Source: Candidatus Thorarchaeota archaeon SMTZ1-45 (GTDB lineage: Archaea > Asgardarchaeota > Thorarchaeia > Thorarchaeales > Thorarchaeaceae). From it: a stretch of DNA of 59,167 nucleotides. The notes under the pieces were generated by a model. The model was not told the origin of the DNA, made no database searches, and saw only the letters and a list, made by a program, of their open reading frames with translations. The position numbers and the translations under genes were made by a program. The stretch covers positions 1 through 59,167 of the forward strand of contig LRSL01000024.1 of assembly GCA_001563335.1 (NCBI GenBank). Reading direction: 5' to 3'. Below, piece after piece: positions 9,487 to 18,627 of the stretch; the first letter of the stretch is position 1; each line of letters starts with the position of its first letter.

Positions 9487-10200
9487 TTGAAATGGGTTGA
9501 CTGGTGTCCAAAGTACCTAGAAATTGTACAAAGGTTAGACCTTGATTCTAATGCAGATAGAGAGTCTACAGAGATACTCACATCAATGCTTGAGTCAATT
9601 GATCCTGACCCATTGTTGAAGCAACTATCTGATTGCATATCAGGGAAACAAGTGATTGTTTGTGGTGCAGGTCCATCACTGAAGCGCCACATTGAGTCCC
9701 TCATGAAGAGTGAAGATCTAGCAGACTATGTAATCGTTGCAGCTGATGGAGCCACCTCAGTCATTCTTGAACTTGGTCTACATTGTGATGTGGTTGTGAC
9801 CGATTTGGATGGTAATATGGAACATCTGAAAGAAGCAAAGAGTCGTGGCGCTCTTCTCATTGTTCATGCCCATGGGGACAATATTGAACGTGTAAAGTCT
9901 GTTGTCCCCAGTCTAGGAAACATTCTTGGCAGCACGCAGGTTGAACCAACTGACAGAGTATTCTTGTGGGGTGGGTTTACGGATGGAGATAGGGCCTGTC
10001 ATATAGTCTGTGAGTATTTGCCAAAACGAATCATCTTAGCAGGTATGGATTTCGGAAAGAGAGTGGGAAAATGGTCTAAACCAGGGCATAAGGATCATTT
10101 TCCTGCAAATGAGAGAAAGAGGATTAAACTGGAGATAGCTGAGGAGCTCATCTCCAGTCTATTGAAGAGAACTGGAATAGAACATGTATTCCTATCATGA
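9487..10200 (+). CDS. mptE: 6-hydroxymethyl-7,8-dihydropterin pyrophosphokinase (archaeal type)
   Basis: GAGPSL, VTDLDG, HAHGDN, GGFTDGDRA, GMDFG; next to folP. Confidence 0.9.
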   Translation: MKWVDWCPKYLEIVQRLDLDSNADRESTEILTSMLESIDPDPLLKQLSDCISGKQVIVCGAGPSLKRHIESLMKSEDLADYVIVAADGATSVILELGLHCDVVVTDLDGNMEHLKEAKSRGALLIVHAHGDNIERVKSVVPSLGNILGSTQVEPTDRVFLWGGFTDGDRACHIVCEYLPKRIILAGMDFGKRVGKWSKPGHKDHFPANERKRIKLEIAEELISSLLKRTGIEHVFLS

Positions 10201-10237
10201 CTTATTGTCAGTGTATTCCATGCTTGAAACAGACAGT

Positions 10238-10660
10238 CTACAGGAAACCAGCTTTGATATTCCAGAGATAGCTAAAGACAAGAAAAGCTACACCAGCCAT
10301 TATCATCCCAAGTATCATGAGTCTGGTTGCATATCCTGGCTGGAAGACATACTTTGAGGCATAGTAAACTAGTCCAAGGCCAACAACACCTACAAGGATG
10401 ATCACTGACGCAACGATGCCCTCCATTCCTAATTGCTGGTCAATCCCAGGAGCGATTAGGATTGGTGCACCACTTTGACTTCCTGCAATAGCAGGTGGTG
10501 TTCGGACTAGAGTATAGATGTTACCACCGAGAACGAATAGTATTGCAATGAACATAATACCAAATATGACTGTGTCTGGAGGACGTGTAGGCATTCCAAA
10601 ACGGGGCCTAGTGAGTCGCACTCTTGGTCTTACTATGAATCTCGGCCACCAAGGTTTCAC
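10238..10660 (-). CDS. OST3/OST6-family membrane protein, DC2/OSTC-like oligosaccharyltransferase subunit
   Basis: 140 aa, 3 TM; GGNIY..V..PP and Q..MEG..AS motifs resemble eukaryotic DC2 as recalled. Confidence 0.75.
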   Translation of the reverse strand: MKPWWPRFIVRPRVRLTRPRFGMPTRPPDTVIFGIMFIAILFVLGGNIYTLVRTPPAIAGSQSGAPILIAPGIDQQLGMEGIVASVIILVGVVGLGLVYYASKYVFQPGYATRLMILGMIMAGVAFLVFSYLWNIKAGFL

Positions 10661-10809
10661 ATATTTTACCTCGAGCGGTCCACATTTTTAGTCTGCTTTT
10701 AAGACTTACGCGATATGCAATATTGTACTAGTATTGAATACGTGCGCCACAATGGCTATTTGAATGTGTAATTGATGAAAATAATGAGTGAGAAGCGAGG
10801 AATAAAGAG

Positions 10810-12939
10810 ATGTCTAGAGTGCTGATCATCACAGAGAAACCTACAGCTGCAAAACGTATAGCTCTTGCTCTGGACGAGAATAATGCCCCAACTGAAGTTA
10901 AGAAACGAGGTGCCTCCTATTATGAGTGCAAGAGAGAGAGCAATAATCTCATCGTTGTGTACGCCCTTGGACACCTATTTGAACTTAAACAGACTGAGAA
11001 GGGGTGGAACTATCCAAGGCTGGATGCTTCATGGTTCCCAAGGTATGAGGTTGAGAAAAAAGCTACTCAAACAAAACCAATCATCAATCTAATCAAGAGT
11101 CTTGCAAAGGAGGTCGACACCTTCGTTATTGCAACCGATTATGATATTGAGGGAAGTCTAATTGGATATCTTACATTGAAGCATGCCTGTAATGCAAATC
11201 CAGAAACTGCTCACAGGATGCACTTCAGTACACTTACTGCATCGGAGATTCAAAACGCTTTTGACAATATGTCAAAAACTCTGGACTTTCCGATGATTGA
11301 AGCAGGTCAGGTAAGACATGAGATTGATTGGCTATATGGTATCAATCTCACTAGAGCGTTGACTCTTGCGATAAAGAATACGGTTGGATGGTTCAAGATA
11401 GTTTCTACTGGAAGGGTTCAGGGGCCGACCCTTTCATATGTAGCAGAGCGAGAGAGAATGATCAATGTCTTTGTTCCATGCCCGTTTTGGATAGTTAACG
11501 TAAAGACTATACATAAGGGAGCAGAAATAGAGCTAGAATATTCAAAGAGACGTATTTATACTAAGAGTGATGCTAAGAGAATAGTAACGGTATTGGATGG
11601 AAGTACTGCTCATGTTGACTCAATAAACAGCAGGACAACTACGCAGCAGCCCTATCCACCATTCAATCTTAGTACTCTGCAATCGGAAGCTTATCGACAT
11701 TTTGGATTTAAACCAAGCAGAACACTTGCCATTTCACAATCACTCTACCTTGATGCACTCATATCATATCCCAGAACAAATAGTGAGAAGCTACCACCAA
11801 CCTTGGACTTGAGGGAAATTCTCAATGGGCTTGGAGAGATAAAGGATTATACTTCAATGGTGAAACGTGTTATAAAGAGAGGTAATTTCACTCCTGTTCA
11901 AGGAGAGAAAAGTGATCCTGCTCATCCTGCAATACATCCTACAGGATCAAAAGCCACAAAACGTCTAACTCCAAGCGAGAAGAAATTGTATGATCTCATA
12001 GTTAGAAGATTCTTAGCCCTCTTTGGTGAAGTTGCAGTAAAAGAACATCTCCGTGCAGACATTAAACACGAGAACCATCTTCTGTATCTTAGAGGGCTTA
12101 GAATTCTGAAGAGTGGTTGGATGGAGTTCTATGGACCTTATGTTAAGACAAAGGAGAGAGAGCTTCCTGAGATATCAGAGGGGGATGCAGTTACATTAAG
12201 CCCTGTTAGCTATGAGGAGAGATACACTCAACCTCCATCAAGATTCAATCCGTCCAGTCTGTTGAAACTATTAGAACGAGAGAACTTAGGAACAAAGGCA
12301 ACAAGAGCAGGTATTGTTGACTCTATCAAGTCCCGGGGGTACGCAATCAATGATAATTTTGAGCTTTCTACATTGGGATACGCGCTCTATGAAACATTAG
12401 AGAAATACATGCCAGACATCCTATCTTCAGAGCTAACTCGTCATCTAGAAAATGAGATGAACGATATCCAGCAGGAAAAGAAGAACAAGGAGGATGTCTT
12501 ATCAAAAGCAAAAGGAGAACTTCTAAGAATGCTTGATAATTTCAAAACTCAGGAAGAAGACATAGGAAATTATCTTGTCCAAGGGCTTCAAAGATATTGG
12601 AGGTCTAAAGAGGAGCTTGGAGCCTGCCCAAGGTGTGAAGATGGTACACTTCGAGTGATAAGGTCTGCAAAGACAGGGAAGAGGTTTGTAGGATGTTCTA
12701 ACTACAGTGAGGGGAAATGTGATCAGACTTTTCCACTACCTCAAAAGGGAGATATATCTCCTTTAGATGCGAAGTGCTCCTATTGTGGCTACCAAATGTT
12801 CCAAGTGACCTCATCACGGAGGAAGTGGGAAACATGTATCAATTGGAGTGAGTGTCCTGGAAGAAAAGACGAACTTAAGGCGCTCGAAGAACGGCGTATA
12901 AAGCAAACAGAGAGTCAAAGGGAGGCGGACGAAAAGTGA
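10810..12939 (+). CDS. topA: Type IA DNA topoisomerase
   Basis: Toprim ITEKP, ATDYDIEG, GRVQGPTL, ISYPRT, LGTKATR; C-terminal zinc ribbons. Confidence 0.96.
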   Translation: MSRVLIITEKPTAAKRIALALDENNAPTEVKKRGASYYECKRESNNLIVVYALGHLFELKQTEKGWNYPRLDASWFPRYEVEKKATQTKPIINLIKSLAKEVDTFVIATDYDIEGSLIGYLTLKHACNANPETAHRMHFSTLTASEIQNAFDNMSKTLDFPMIEAGQVRHEIDWLYGINLTRALTLAIKNTVGWFKIVSTGRVQGPTLSYVAERERMINVFVPCPFWIVNVKTIHKGAEIELEYSKRRIYTKSDAKRIVTVLDGSTAHVDSINSRTTTQQPYPPFNLSTLQSEAYRHFGFKPSRTLAISQSLYLDALISYPRTNSEKLPPTLDLREILNGLGEIKDYTSMVKRVIKRGNFTPVQGEKSDPAHPAIHPTGSKATKRLTPSEKKLYDLIVRRFLALFGEVAVKEHLRADIKHENHLLYLRGLRILKSGWMEFYGPYVKTKERELPEISEGDAVTLSPVSYEERYTQPPSRFNPSSLLKLLERENLGTKATRAGIVDSIKSRGYAINDNFELSTLGYALYETLEKYMPDILSSELTRHLENEMNDIQQEKKNKEDVLSKAKGELLRMLDNFKTQEEDIGNYLVQGLQRYWRSKEELGACPRCEDGTLRVIRSAKTGKRFVGCSNYSEGKCDQTFPLPQKGDISPLDAKCSYCGYQMFQVTSSRRKWETCINWSECPGRKDELKALEERRIKQTESQREADEK

Positions 12940-13163
12940 GTTCCTGTTCAATTTGTGGTCGAGATACATTAAATGGGAACATCTTTTGTCGTTATCATCA
13001 GGAGGCACTGGACAATCTTCAATCATCATTTGAGAATTGGAGAGAGGCAAGTGATGTAAGTTGGAACGAATATATTCAGTTACTCTGCCAAATAGATGAA
13101 ACTGGTCGTTGGGTGAGGGAGATGGCTGAAGAGATTAAGGCAAAAGATGATTCTTCAGCATAG
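12936..13163 (+). CDS. Small putative zinc-finger protein (CxxC...CxxH)
   Basis: CSICG...FCRYH; 4-nt overlap with topA stop. Confidence 0.65.
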   Translation: MSSCSICGRDTLNGNIFCRYHQEALDNLQSSFENWREASDVSWNEYIQLLCQIDETGRWVREMAEEIKAKDDSSA

Positions 13164-13479
13164 ACATGAGTTCCAACATTTGTTCTCGAGTTAGTGAAGT
13201 CATTCCAACAACAAGCATACAAGTCTGGTTTGTCCATGAGGCTAATCTTTCAGCCAATGTTCTTACCAACGTACTTTCAATCTCCGTAGTAAAGAATCCA
13301 ACAGATGTTGGTTCCGAACGACCGCGTCCTGCAGGAATGGCCATGGCAGACAAGCCAAGTCTGAACTGATTTGAATCTGAGATTAGGACTAATATGCCAT
13401 TTTTCATGTTCATAACACGGATCTTGATTGTTCCTGCAGAGGTATCTGCAGAGAACTCTGTTATATCATCAAACTCCAT
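13135..13479 (-). CDS. Proteasome assembly chaperone 4 (PAC3/PAC4)-like protein
   Basis: 114 aa; beta-rich N-half, SAMAIP...PTS, LAERLA..TN pattern resembles PSMG4. Confidence 0.55.
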   Translation of the reverse strand: MEFDDITEFSADTSAGTIKIRVMNMKNGILVLISDSNQFRLGLSAMAIPAGRGRSEPTSVGFFTTEIESTLVRTLAERLASWTNQTCMLVVGMTSLTREQMLELMSMLKNHLLP

Positions 13480-13570
13480 AGCTAATCAATAACGGAATGA
13501 AAAGGAAGAATAAATGACTAACGAAAATAGCTAATGGAAGCAACAGGATTATCAAGGCACCGACTGGCAA

Positions 13571-15517
13571 ATGAGTAGAGATCGAATGACTGAAGATTTC
13601 TCAAGCTATATGGACTATTTTCCGTATCCTGAAGCACGTGATGGACAAGAGGACATGATGAAAAGAATCGAGGAGTCGGTTAAGGCAGGTGTCCACATTT
13701 GTTCAGAGGCTCCAAATGGTTTTGGAAAGACGTGCGTGGCATTGAGCAGTGTGCTACCTTGGGTGAAAGATAAGAGAGGAAAGATACTGTACTGTGCACG
13801 CACACACAGACAGCTTGACCGTGTTATGGAGGAACTTGAAGAGATTTCAGGCAACAGAGATGTTTCTGGTGTTTCTTTCCGTGGTAGAAGACACATGTGT
13901 TTGAACTCATTTGTGCTAGAGAATGCTGATTTTGTTGCCCCAATATCTGAGGTATGTGGACAACTAAAGGCAACTGGGAGATGTTCATTCTATGAGAATC
14001 TTCGTCGTGCAGGGAATCCCGAAGATCTTTTAGAAGATATGCCTAAGAAGGTGCTTTCAGCTCCTGAGATTGCGAAAATTGCCAGTGGAAGGTCGATATG
14101 TCCTTATGAGTTGGCAAAACGTCTCGCAAAAGTAGTAGATGTTGTTTCTCTTTCATATCTCTATGTCTTTGACCCTTGGATACTTGAAGTGTTTATTCCC
14201 GAGTTGGAAACAGCTCCCTCAAAAATGGTTCTAATACAGGATGAGGCACACAATGTTCCGTCTACAGCATTGGACTCAGCTAGCGACTCATTGACCATTG
14301 GGACAATAAGACAAGCACTCCGGGAGGCAACAACATACAATGATGAGCCTTGTAAGGATTTCATTCGTTCTCTAGCCAAAACAGTCTTGGAACTCTCTTC
14401 AGATATGAAACAGATTGAGGAAAAATCAGTTAATCCTCGCAAAATAGTTGAAACTACGATAAAGATAGCTAGGCTAGAACATCAACCACAAATACTAGCT
14501 CATATGAAGGATCTGGGAACTAAGATTAGACGAGGTCTTCTAAAAGCTGGGAAGTTTCCACGCTCTTCAATCCACAGAGTGAGCGAGTTTCTAATTAGAT
14601 GGTTACGATGTGTAGAAAGAAAAGACTATGCATTTCTGCTGGCCTCAAGTAGAGGGTATGGAGAGAGTAGGAGGGTTTCATTGGACCTTGTTGCATTGGA
14701 TCCAACATCAGTCACGGAGAACGTCTTGAGTATGGTGCATAGCTCAGTAGCAATTTCTGGAACAATTTCACCATTGGAAGCATATGCTGATATGCTGGGA
14801 TTCGGACCAAATGCTGTAAAAGCAACCTTTCAGAGCCCGTTTGCTAGAAGGAATCGATTGGGGCTAATCATTGATGGTTTAGACACATCATTTCAGAACC
14901 GTAGTAAGACAACCTTTGAGCGCATGGTCGACCATTGTGTGGCTGTAGTAGATGCTACGCCAAGCAATACTGGAATCTTTACCTCCAGCTATTCCATTGG
15001 TAAATCTTTGATTGAAGCTGGTCTCGGGAAACGTCTTCGACGCAAAATGTTCGTGGAAAAGCTAGGAATGAAAGGTGTCGAGAATGACAAATTGATTAAT
15101 GACTTTAGAAAGGAAGGTGACTATGGTGGAGCAGTGCTTCTTGGTGTGCAAGGTGGTCGGAACTCAGAAGGTGGAGATTTCCCCGGTACAATGATGGAGA
15201 GTGTAGTTGTTGTTGGAGTACCATATGCGAAACCAACTCCTAGGATGGAGGCACTCATAGACTATTACGACTCAAGATTTGACCAGAAAGGTAGAGATTA
15301 TGCGTATGTACTTCCAGCGATGACTCGTGCAATTCAATCTGCTGGTAGACCTGTGAGAAGGTTAGATGATAGAGGAGTGATTGTAATGCTTGACCAAAGG
15401 TTTGGTACTCCATATCTTAGTAGATTCATTCCATCTTGGTTATCAGATGTCACTCAAATTATTCCAGACGACCCTGAAGTGACATCACATCAAGTTGAGA
15501 GTTTCTTCATTATCTAG
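13571..15517 (+). CDS. xpd: XPD/Rad3-family Fe-S DNA helicase
   Basis: APNGFGKT, four Fe-S Cys incl. CPYE, DEAH, SGT, QSAGRPVR. Confidence 0.93.
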   Translation: MSRDRMTEDFSSYMDYFPYPEARDGQEDMMKRIEESVKAGVHICSEAPNGFGKTCVALSSVLPWVKDKRGKILYCARTHRQLDRVMEELEEISGNRDVSGVSFRGRRHMCLNSFVLENADFVAPISEVCGQLKATGRCSFYENLRRAGNPEDLLEDMPKKVLSAPEIAKIASGRSICPYELAKRLAKVVDVVSLSYLYVFDPWILEVFIPELETAPSKMVLIQDEAHNVPSTALDSASDSLTIGTIRQALREATTYNDEPCKDFIRSLAKTVLELSSDMKQIEEKSVNPRKIVETTIKIARLEHQPQILAHMKDLGTKIRRGLLKAGKFPRSSIHRVSEFLIRWLRCVERKDYAFLLASSRGYGESRRVSLDLVALDPTSVTENVLSMVHSSVAISGTISPLEAYADMLGFGPNAVKATFQSPFARRNRLGLIIDGLDTSFQNRSKTTFERMVDHCVAVVDATPSNTGIFTSSYSIGKSLIEAGLGKRLRRKMFVEKLGMKGVENDKLINDFRKEGDYGGAVLLGVQGGRNSEGGDFPGTMMESVVVVGVPYAKPTPRMEALIDYYDSRFDQKGRDYAYVLPAMTRAIQSAGRPVRRLDDRGVIVMLDQRFGTPYLSRFIPSWLSDVTQIIPDDPEVTSHQVESFFII

Positions 15518-16278
15518 CAGTCACTGGTCAATACGCAATCTAATGAAAGCTCTCCCAGCAGAATCGCTCTAGCTTCGTCTGTAGAGAGCGCTCTTTTGCC
15601 TCGCGTGAACCTCTGTACAAATAATTTCAGCGACCTTACATACCCGACTTTTGGTTCGAGAATTGCATCATTCTCCTCATATGGTCGTCCACTTCGTCCA
15701 GCTATGAGTATTGCTGATGATTGGTCAGAAGTGACACCTCCTGAAAGTGTTGTTCGATGTTCATTTACAAGTTCAATGTTCAGACTAGGGAATTCTTTGT
15801 TCATGGTTCGAAGATACAAAGTCGAGAATAGCCTCGAGCCAGTTCCTGCACGTACTATTGTTTTGCAGTTTGGAAAAAGGCGAGATACATAGGACTCCAG
15901 ACGAGATGTCAAGCGAGCAGCAAATCCAGGAGTTGTGAGTGAGTCTTTGAAAAGTACAACTCCATCAATGACTAGAGCTACTCCAAAACGCATTCCCGGG
16001 TCCACTCCTATTGTAGCAACCACTGGATTGTGAACATCATATAATTTAGCTAGAATCTCGATTGATGTGAAATCTAGATCCATCATTTCATCAACAGTAA
16101 CTACAGTGTCATGATTGTTGGAGTCTTCAAGCGTTGTTACGACTACTTTGGCATCTTCACATCGAGAATCGCCAGGCGGACAGACTTCAAACTTGAGGTC
16201 GAGTTTTTTCAAGAGCTCGATAACAAGATAGAGCACCTTAGGATTCTGTATGGCAATTGCAACCTGCCACCTGAGCAT
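15514..16278 (-). CDS. RNase H-fold (YqgF/RuvC-like) protein with extra N-terminal domain
   Basis: IGVDPGMRFGVA, VNEHRTT, DQSSAILIA; start placed at ATG 16278 to avoid overlap with radB. Confidence 0.6.
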   Translation of the reverse strand: MLRWQVAIAIQNPKVLYLVIELLKKLDLKFEVCPPGDSRCEDAKVVVTTLEDSNNHDTVVTVDEMMDLDFTSIEILAKLYDVHNPVVATIGVDPGMRFGVALVIDGVVLFKDSLTTPGFAARLTSRLESYVSRLFPNCKTIVRAGTGSRLFSTLYLRTMNKEFPSLNIELVNEHRTTLSGGVTSDQSSAILIAGRSGRPYEENDAILEPKVGYVRSLKLFVQRFTRGKRALSTDEARAILLGELSLDCVLTSDC

Positions 16279-16317
16279 GATATCGGTCCTTCTAGATATG
16301 CTTATCACAAGAGAGTG

Positions 16318-17034
16318 ATGACAAGAATTCAAGTGGTATTGAATTTGATTCTTCCGTCTGGGGTATCAGTACTTGATCGAATCCTTAATGGCGGCCTTCA
16401 CACCGGAATTTTCACGCATGTTTATGGAGATGCGGCTTCTGGAAAAACCACACTTGCGCTTCAATTCGTAAAAAATGCACATAGACTCAATTTGGGAACT
16501 ATCTATGTGAACTCTGAAAACACATCACCTATAGAACGACTTGAGCAAATGACTGCTCAACCGTTCAGTGAAATTCAAGGTATGGTGAAGATTCTTGCTC
16601 CAAAAGGATTCAATGAACAAGGTGCATTAATTGATGACCTCGAGTTGTATTTACGGGAGGACACGAAACTCGTCATAATTGATACACTGACTAGATACTA
16701 TAGACTGGAGTTGGAAGATAAGAAGACGAACTATGAAAGACATAGGGAATTGAACAGGCAAGCTGGTGTGTTGAAAGGACTTGCAAGAAATCATAAGGTT
16801 GCAGTATTAGTTCTGAATCAGGTAAGAGCGCAAATCAAAGGCATGGATGACTTCGAGCCTGTTGCAAAGAATATCTTAGACTATTGGTCAGATTATACAA
16901 TAAAGTTGCGCGTTGCAAGAGGCCCGGGTGAGAGGATCATTAAAAGAATCATGCCAGAGGGAGAATTCTCTGACGGAAGACTCTATCTCATTAAGAGTGG
17001 GTTATCACCTGACAAGCCCCATGAGAAAGAGTGA
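16318..17034 (+). CDS. radB: DNA repair protein RadB (RecA-family paralog)
   Basis: SGVSVLDRILNGG, GDAASGKT, LVIIDT, VLNQV; no N-terminal HhH; start uncertain. Confidence 0.85.
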   Translation: MTRIQVVLNLILPSGVSVLDRILNGGLHTGIFTHVYGDAASGKTTLALQFVKNAHRLNLGTIYVNSENTSPIERLEQMTAQPFSEIQGMVKILAPKGFNEQGALIDDLELYLREDTKLVIIDTLTRYYRLELEDKKTNYERHRELNRQAGVLKGLARNHKVAVLVLNQVRAQIKGMDDFEPVAKNILDYWSDYTIKLRVARGPGERIIKRIMPEGEFSDGRLYLIKSGLSPDKPHEKE

Positions 17035-17633
17035 AATTGGTTAACTCAACGGCAGACACGGAGTATTGCTCGATGTATGAGGAACTAGCCATCTTTGAAC
17101 TATCAATCTGGCTTGGATTATCTGCATGGATTGCCAATGCCACTCCTGTACTGGGTGGTGGTGGAAGACCAATTGATGGAGGCAGAAATTTTCGTGATGG
17201 TCATCGTATATTAGGCAATGGTAAGACAGTTCGAGGATTCATTGTAGGGATGGTTTTCGGTACACTCACTGGTTTGGGACAGTTCCTAGCAACTCCATAC
17301 CTAAGACCAATACTTTCAATGTTCGTTACAATAACACCAGAGATGGATTATGTGCTTAGTATTAGTATTCCGGTAGCATTTCTCATGTCACTAGGAGCCC
17401 TGATTGGGGATTTGATTGGTTCTTTTATTAAAAGAAGAGTGAATGTGAAGAGTGGGGACTCTTCGCCATTTCTTGACCAAATGGGATTCATTATCATGGC
17501 ATTGATTTTTGCAGTCCCACTAATGATGCCAAGCCCAGTCTTTGTGATGATTCTTATACTGACCACGTTAGGAGTACATTGGCTTAGCAATGCGGCGGGG
17601 TATCTGCTAGGACTTAAGAAGAATCCATGGTAA
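17031..17633 (+). CDS. carS: CDP-archaeol synthase
   Basis: ANATPV..GG.PIDGG, GNGKTVRG, GDLIGSFIKRR, LDQ, LKKNPW. Confidence 0.93.
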   Translation: MKLVNSTADTEYCSMYEELAIFELSIWLGLSAWIANATPVLGGGGRPIDGGRNFRDGHRILGNGKTVRGFIVGMVFGTLTGLGQFLATPYLRPILSMFVTITPEMDYVLSISIPVAFLMSLGALIGDLIGSFIKRRVNVKSGDSSPFLDQMGFIIMALIFAVPLMMPSPVFVMILILTTLGVHWLSNAAGYLLGLKKNPW

Positions 17634-17766
17634 ATATGGTCTAAGGAAAACCATAAAAGGTGACTAAAAAAACACTATCCCAACTACATCAATTCCACTG
17701 GAGTGCTTCAATATCCATGTGATTTGATGAGTGCTCAAGTTTCTATAAACCGGAGTAGTCCTAACA

Positions 17767-18627
17767 ATGATGGTCAAGGATTGCATGCAATCGGACGTAG
17801 TGTACGTATCAGTGCCAGGAACCAGAGAAGATGTTCTTCAACTTATGGCTGAAAAACAAATCAATGGTGTTCCCGTTGTGAAAAAGGGAACAAAGCTACT
17901 TGTAGGGATGGTCACAAGAACAGACCTTCTCCAAAAGGCAGATGAGAATCAGCTGGCAATGCTCATGGTAAGAGACCCCGAAACCGTCACTCCTAGGACT
18001 GACATTAAGACAGCTCTGAAGATAATGATTGAGAAGAATTTCAGAAGACTCCCTGTTGTTGAAAAAAATGAACTTGTAGGATTGATTTCGGTTCCAGATA
18101 TCCTTGGAGCCACACTTGAAAAAGACAAAAAGTACGGTTCAATGGAAATATCTAATTTTGTCACTCGAACAGTGAATGCTGTCTGGGAGAAGACTCCGCT
18201 TCCGCTCTCATACATGATAATGGAGATGGCTGGGAAGAATGGACTAGTTGTGCTTGGTGAGGGAGGCGGTGTGACAGGTATGATTACTGTGAGTGATTTT
18301 ATACGCCTCTCAGAAGTCACAGTTGAAAATAACATCTCACAGACTTTCAGCGGCACAGATAGCGCTGTAGATTGGGGATGGACTTCAAAAGATTTCCTTG
18401 TCGTTACCAAGAAACTACTTCGGTTACCGAGTAAGGCAGTAGAAGATGTGATGACTAGGAACATCATTAGCTTTACCGAGATCACTACTGTTTCTGAATG
18501 TGTCAAGACTCTTCGAAACGAGGAGATTGATCAAGCACCTGTATTGTCTGTCACTGGAGGCCTTATTGGCATGATTGAGGATCAGGAACTGTTGCATCTG
18601 GCTCTTGAATCGCAGAGTGAGGACTAG
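17767..18627 (+). CDS. CBS-domain protein (two CBS pairs)
   Basis: Repeated VPVV...LVGMVT, RRLPVV...LVGLIS patterns. Confidence 0.9.
   Translation: MMVKDCMQSDVVYVSVPGTREDVLQLMAEKQINGVPVVKKGTKLLVGMVTRTDLLQKADENQLAMLMVRDPETVTPRTDIKTALKIMIEKNFRRLPVVEKNELVGLISVPDILGATLEKDKKYGSMEISNFVTRTVNAVWEKTPLPLSYMIMEMAGKNGLVVLGEGGGVTGMITVSDFIRLSEVTVENNISQTFSGTDSAVDWGWTSKDFLVVTKKLLRLPSKAVEDVMTRNIISFTEITTVSECVKTLRNEEIDQAPVLSVTGGLIGMIEDQELLHLALESQSED

Noticed and set aside
17700-17770. Possible C/D box sRNA (TGATGA at about 17725)
   Set aside because: No suitably placed CTGA D box
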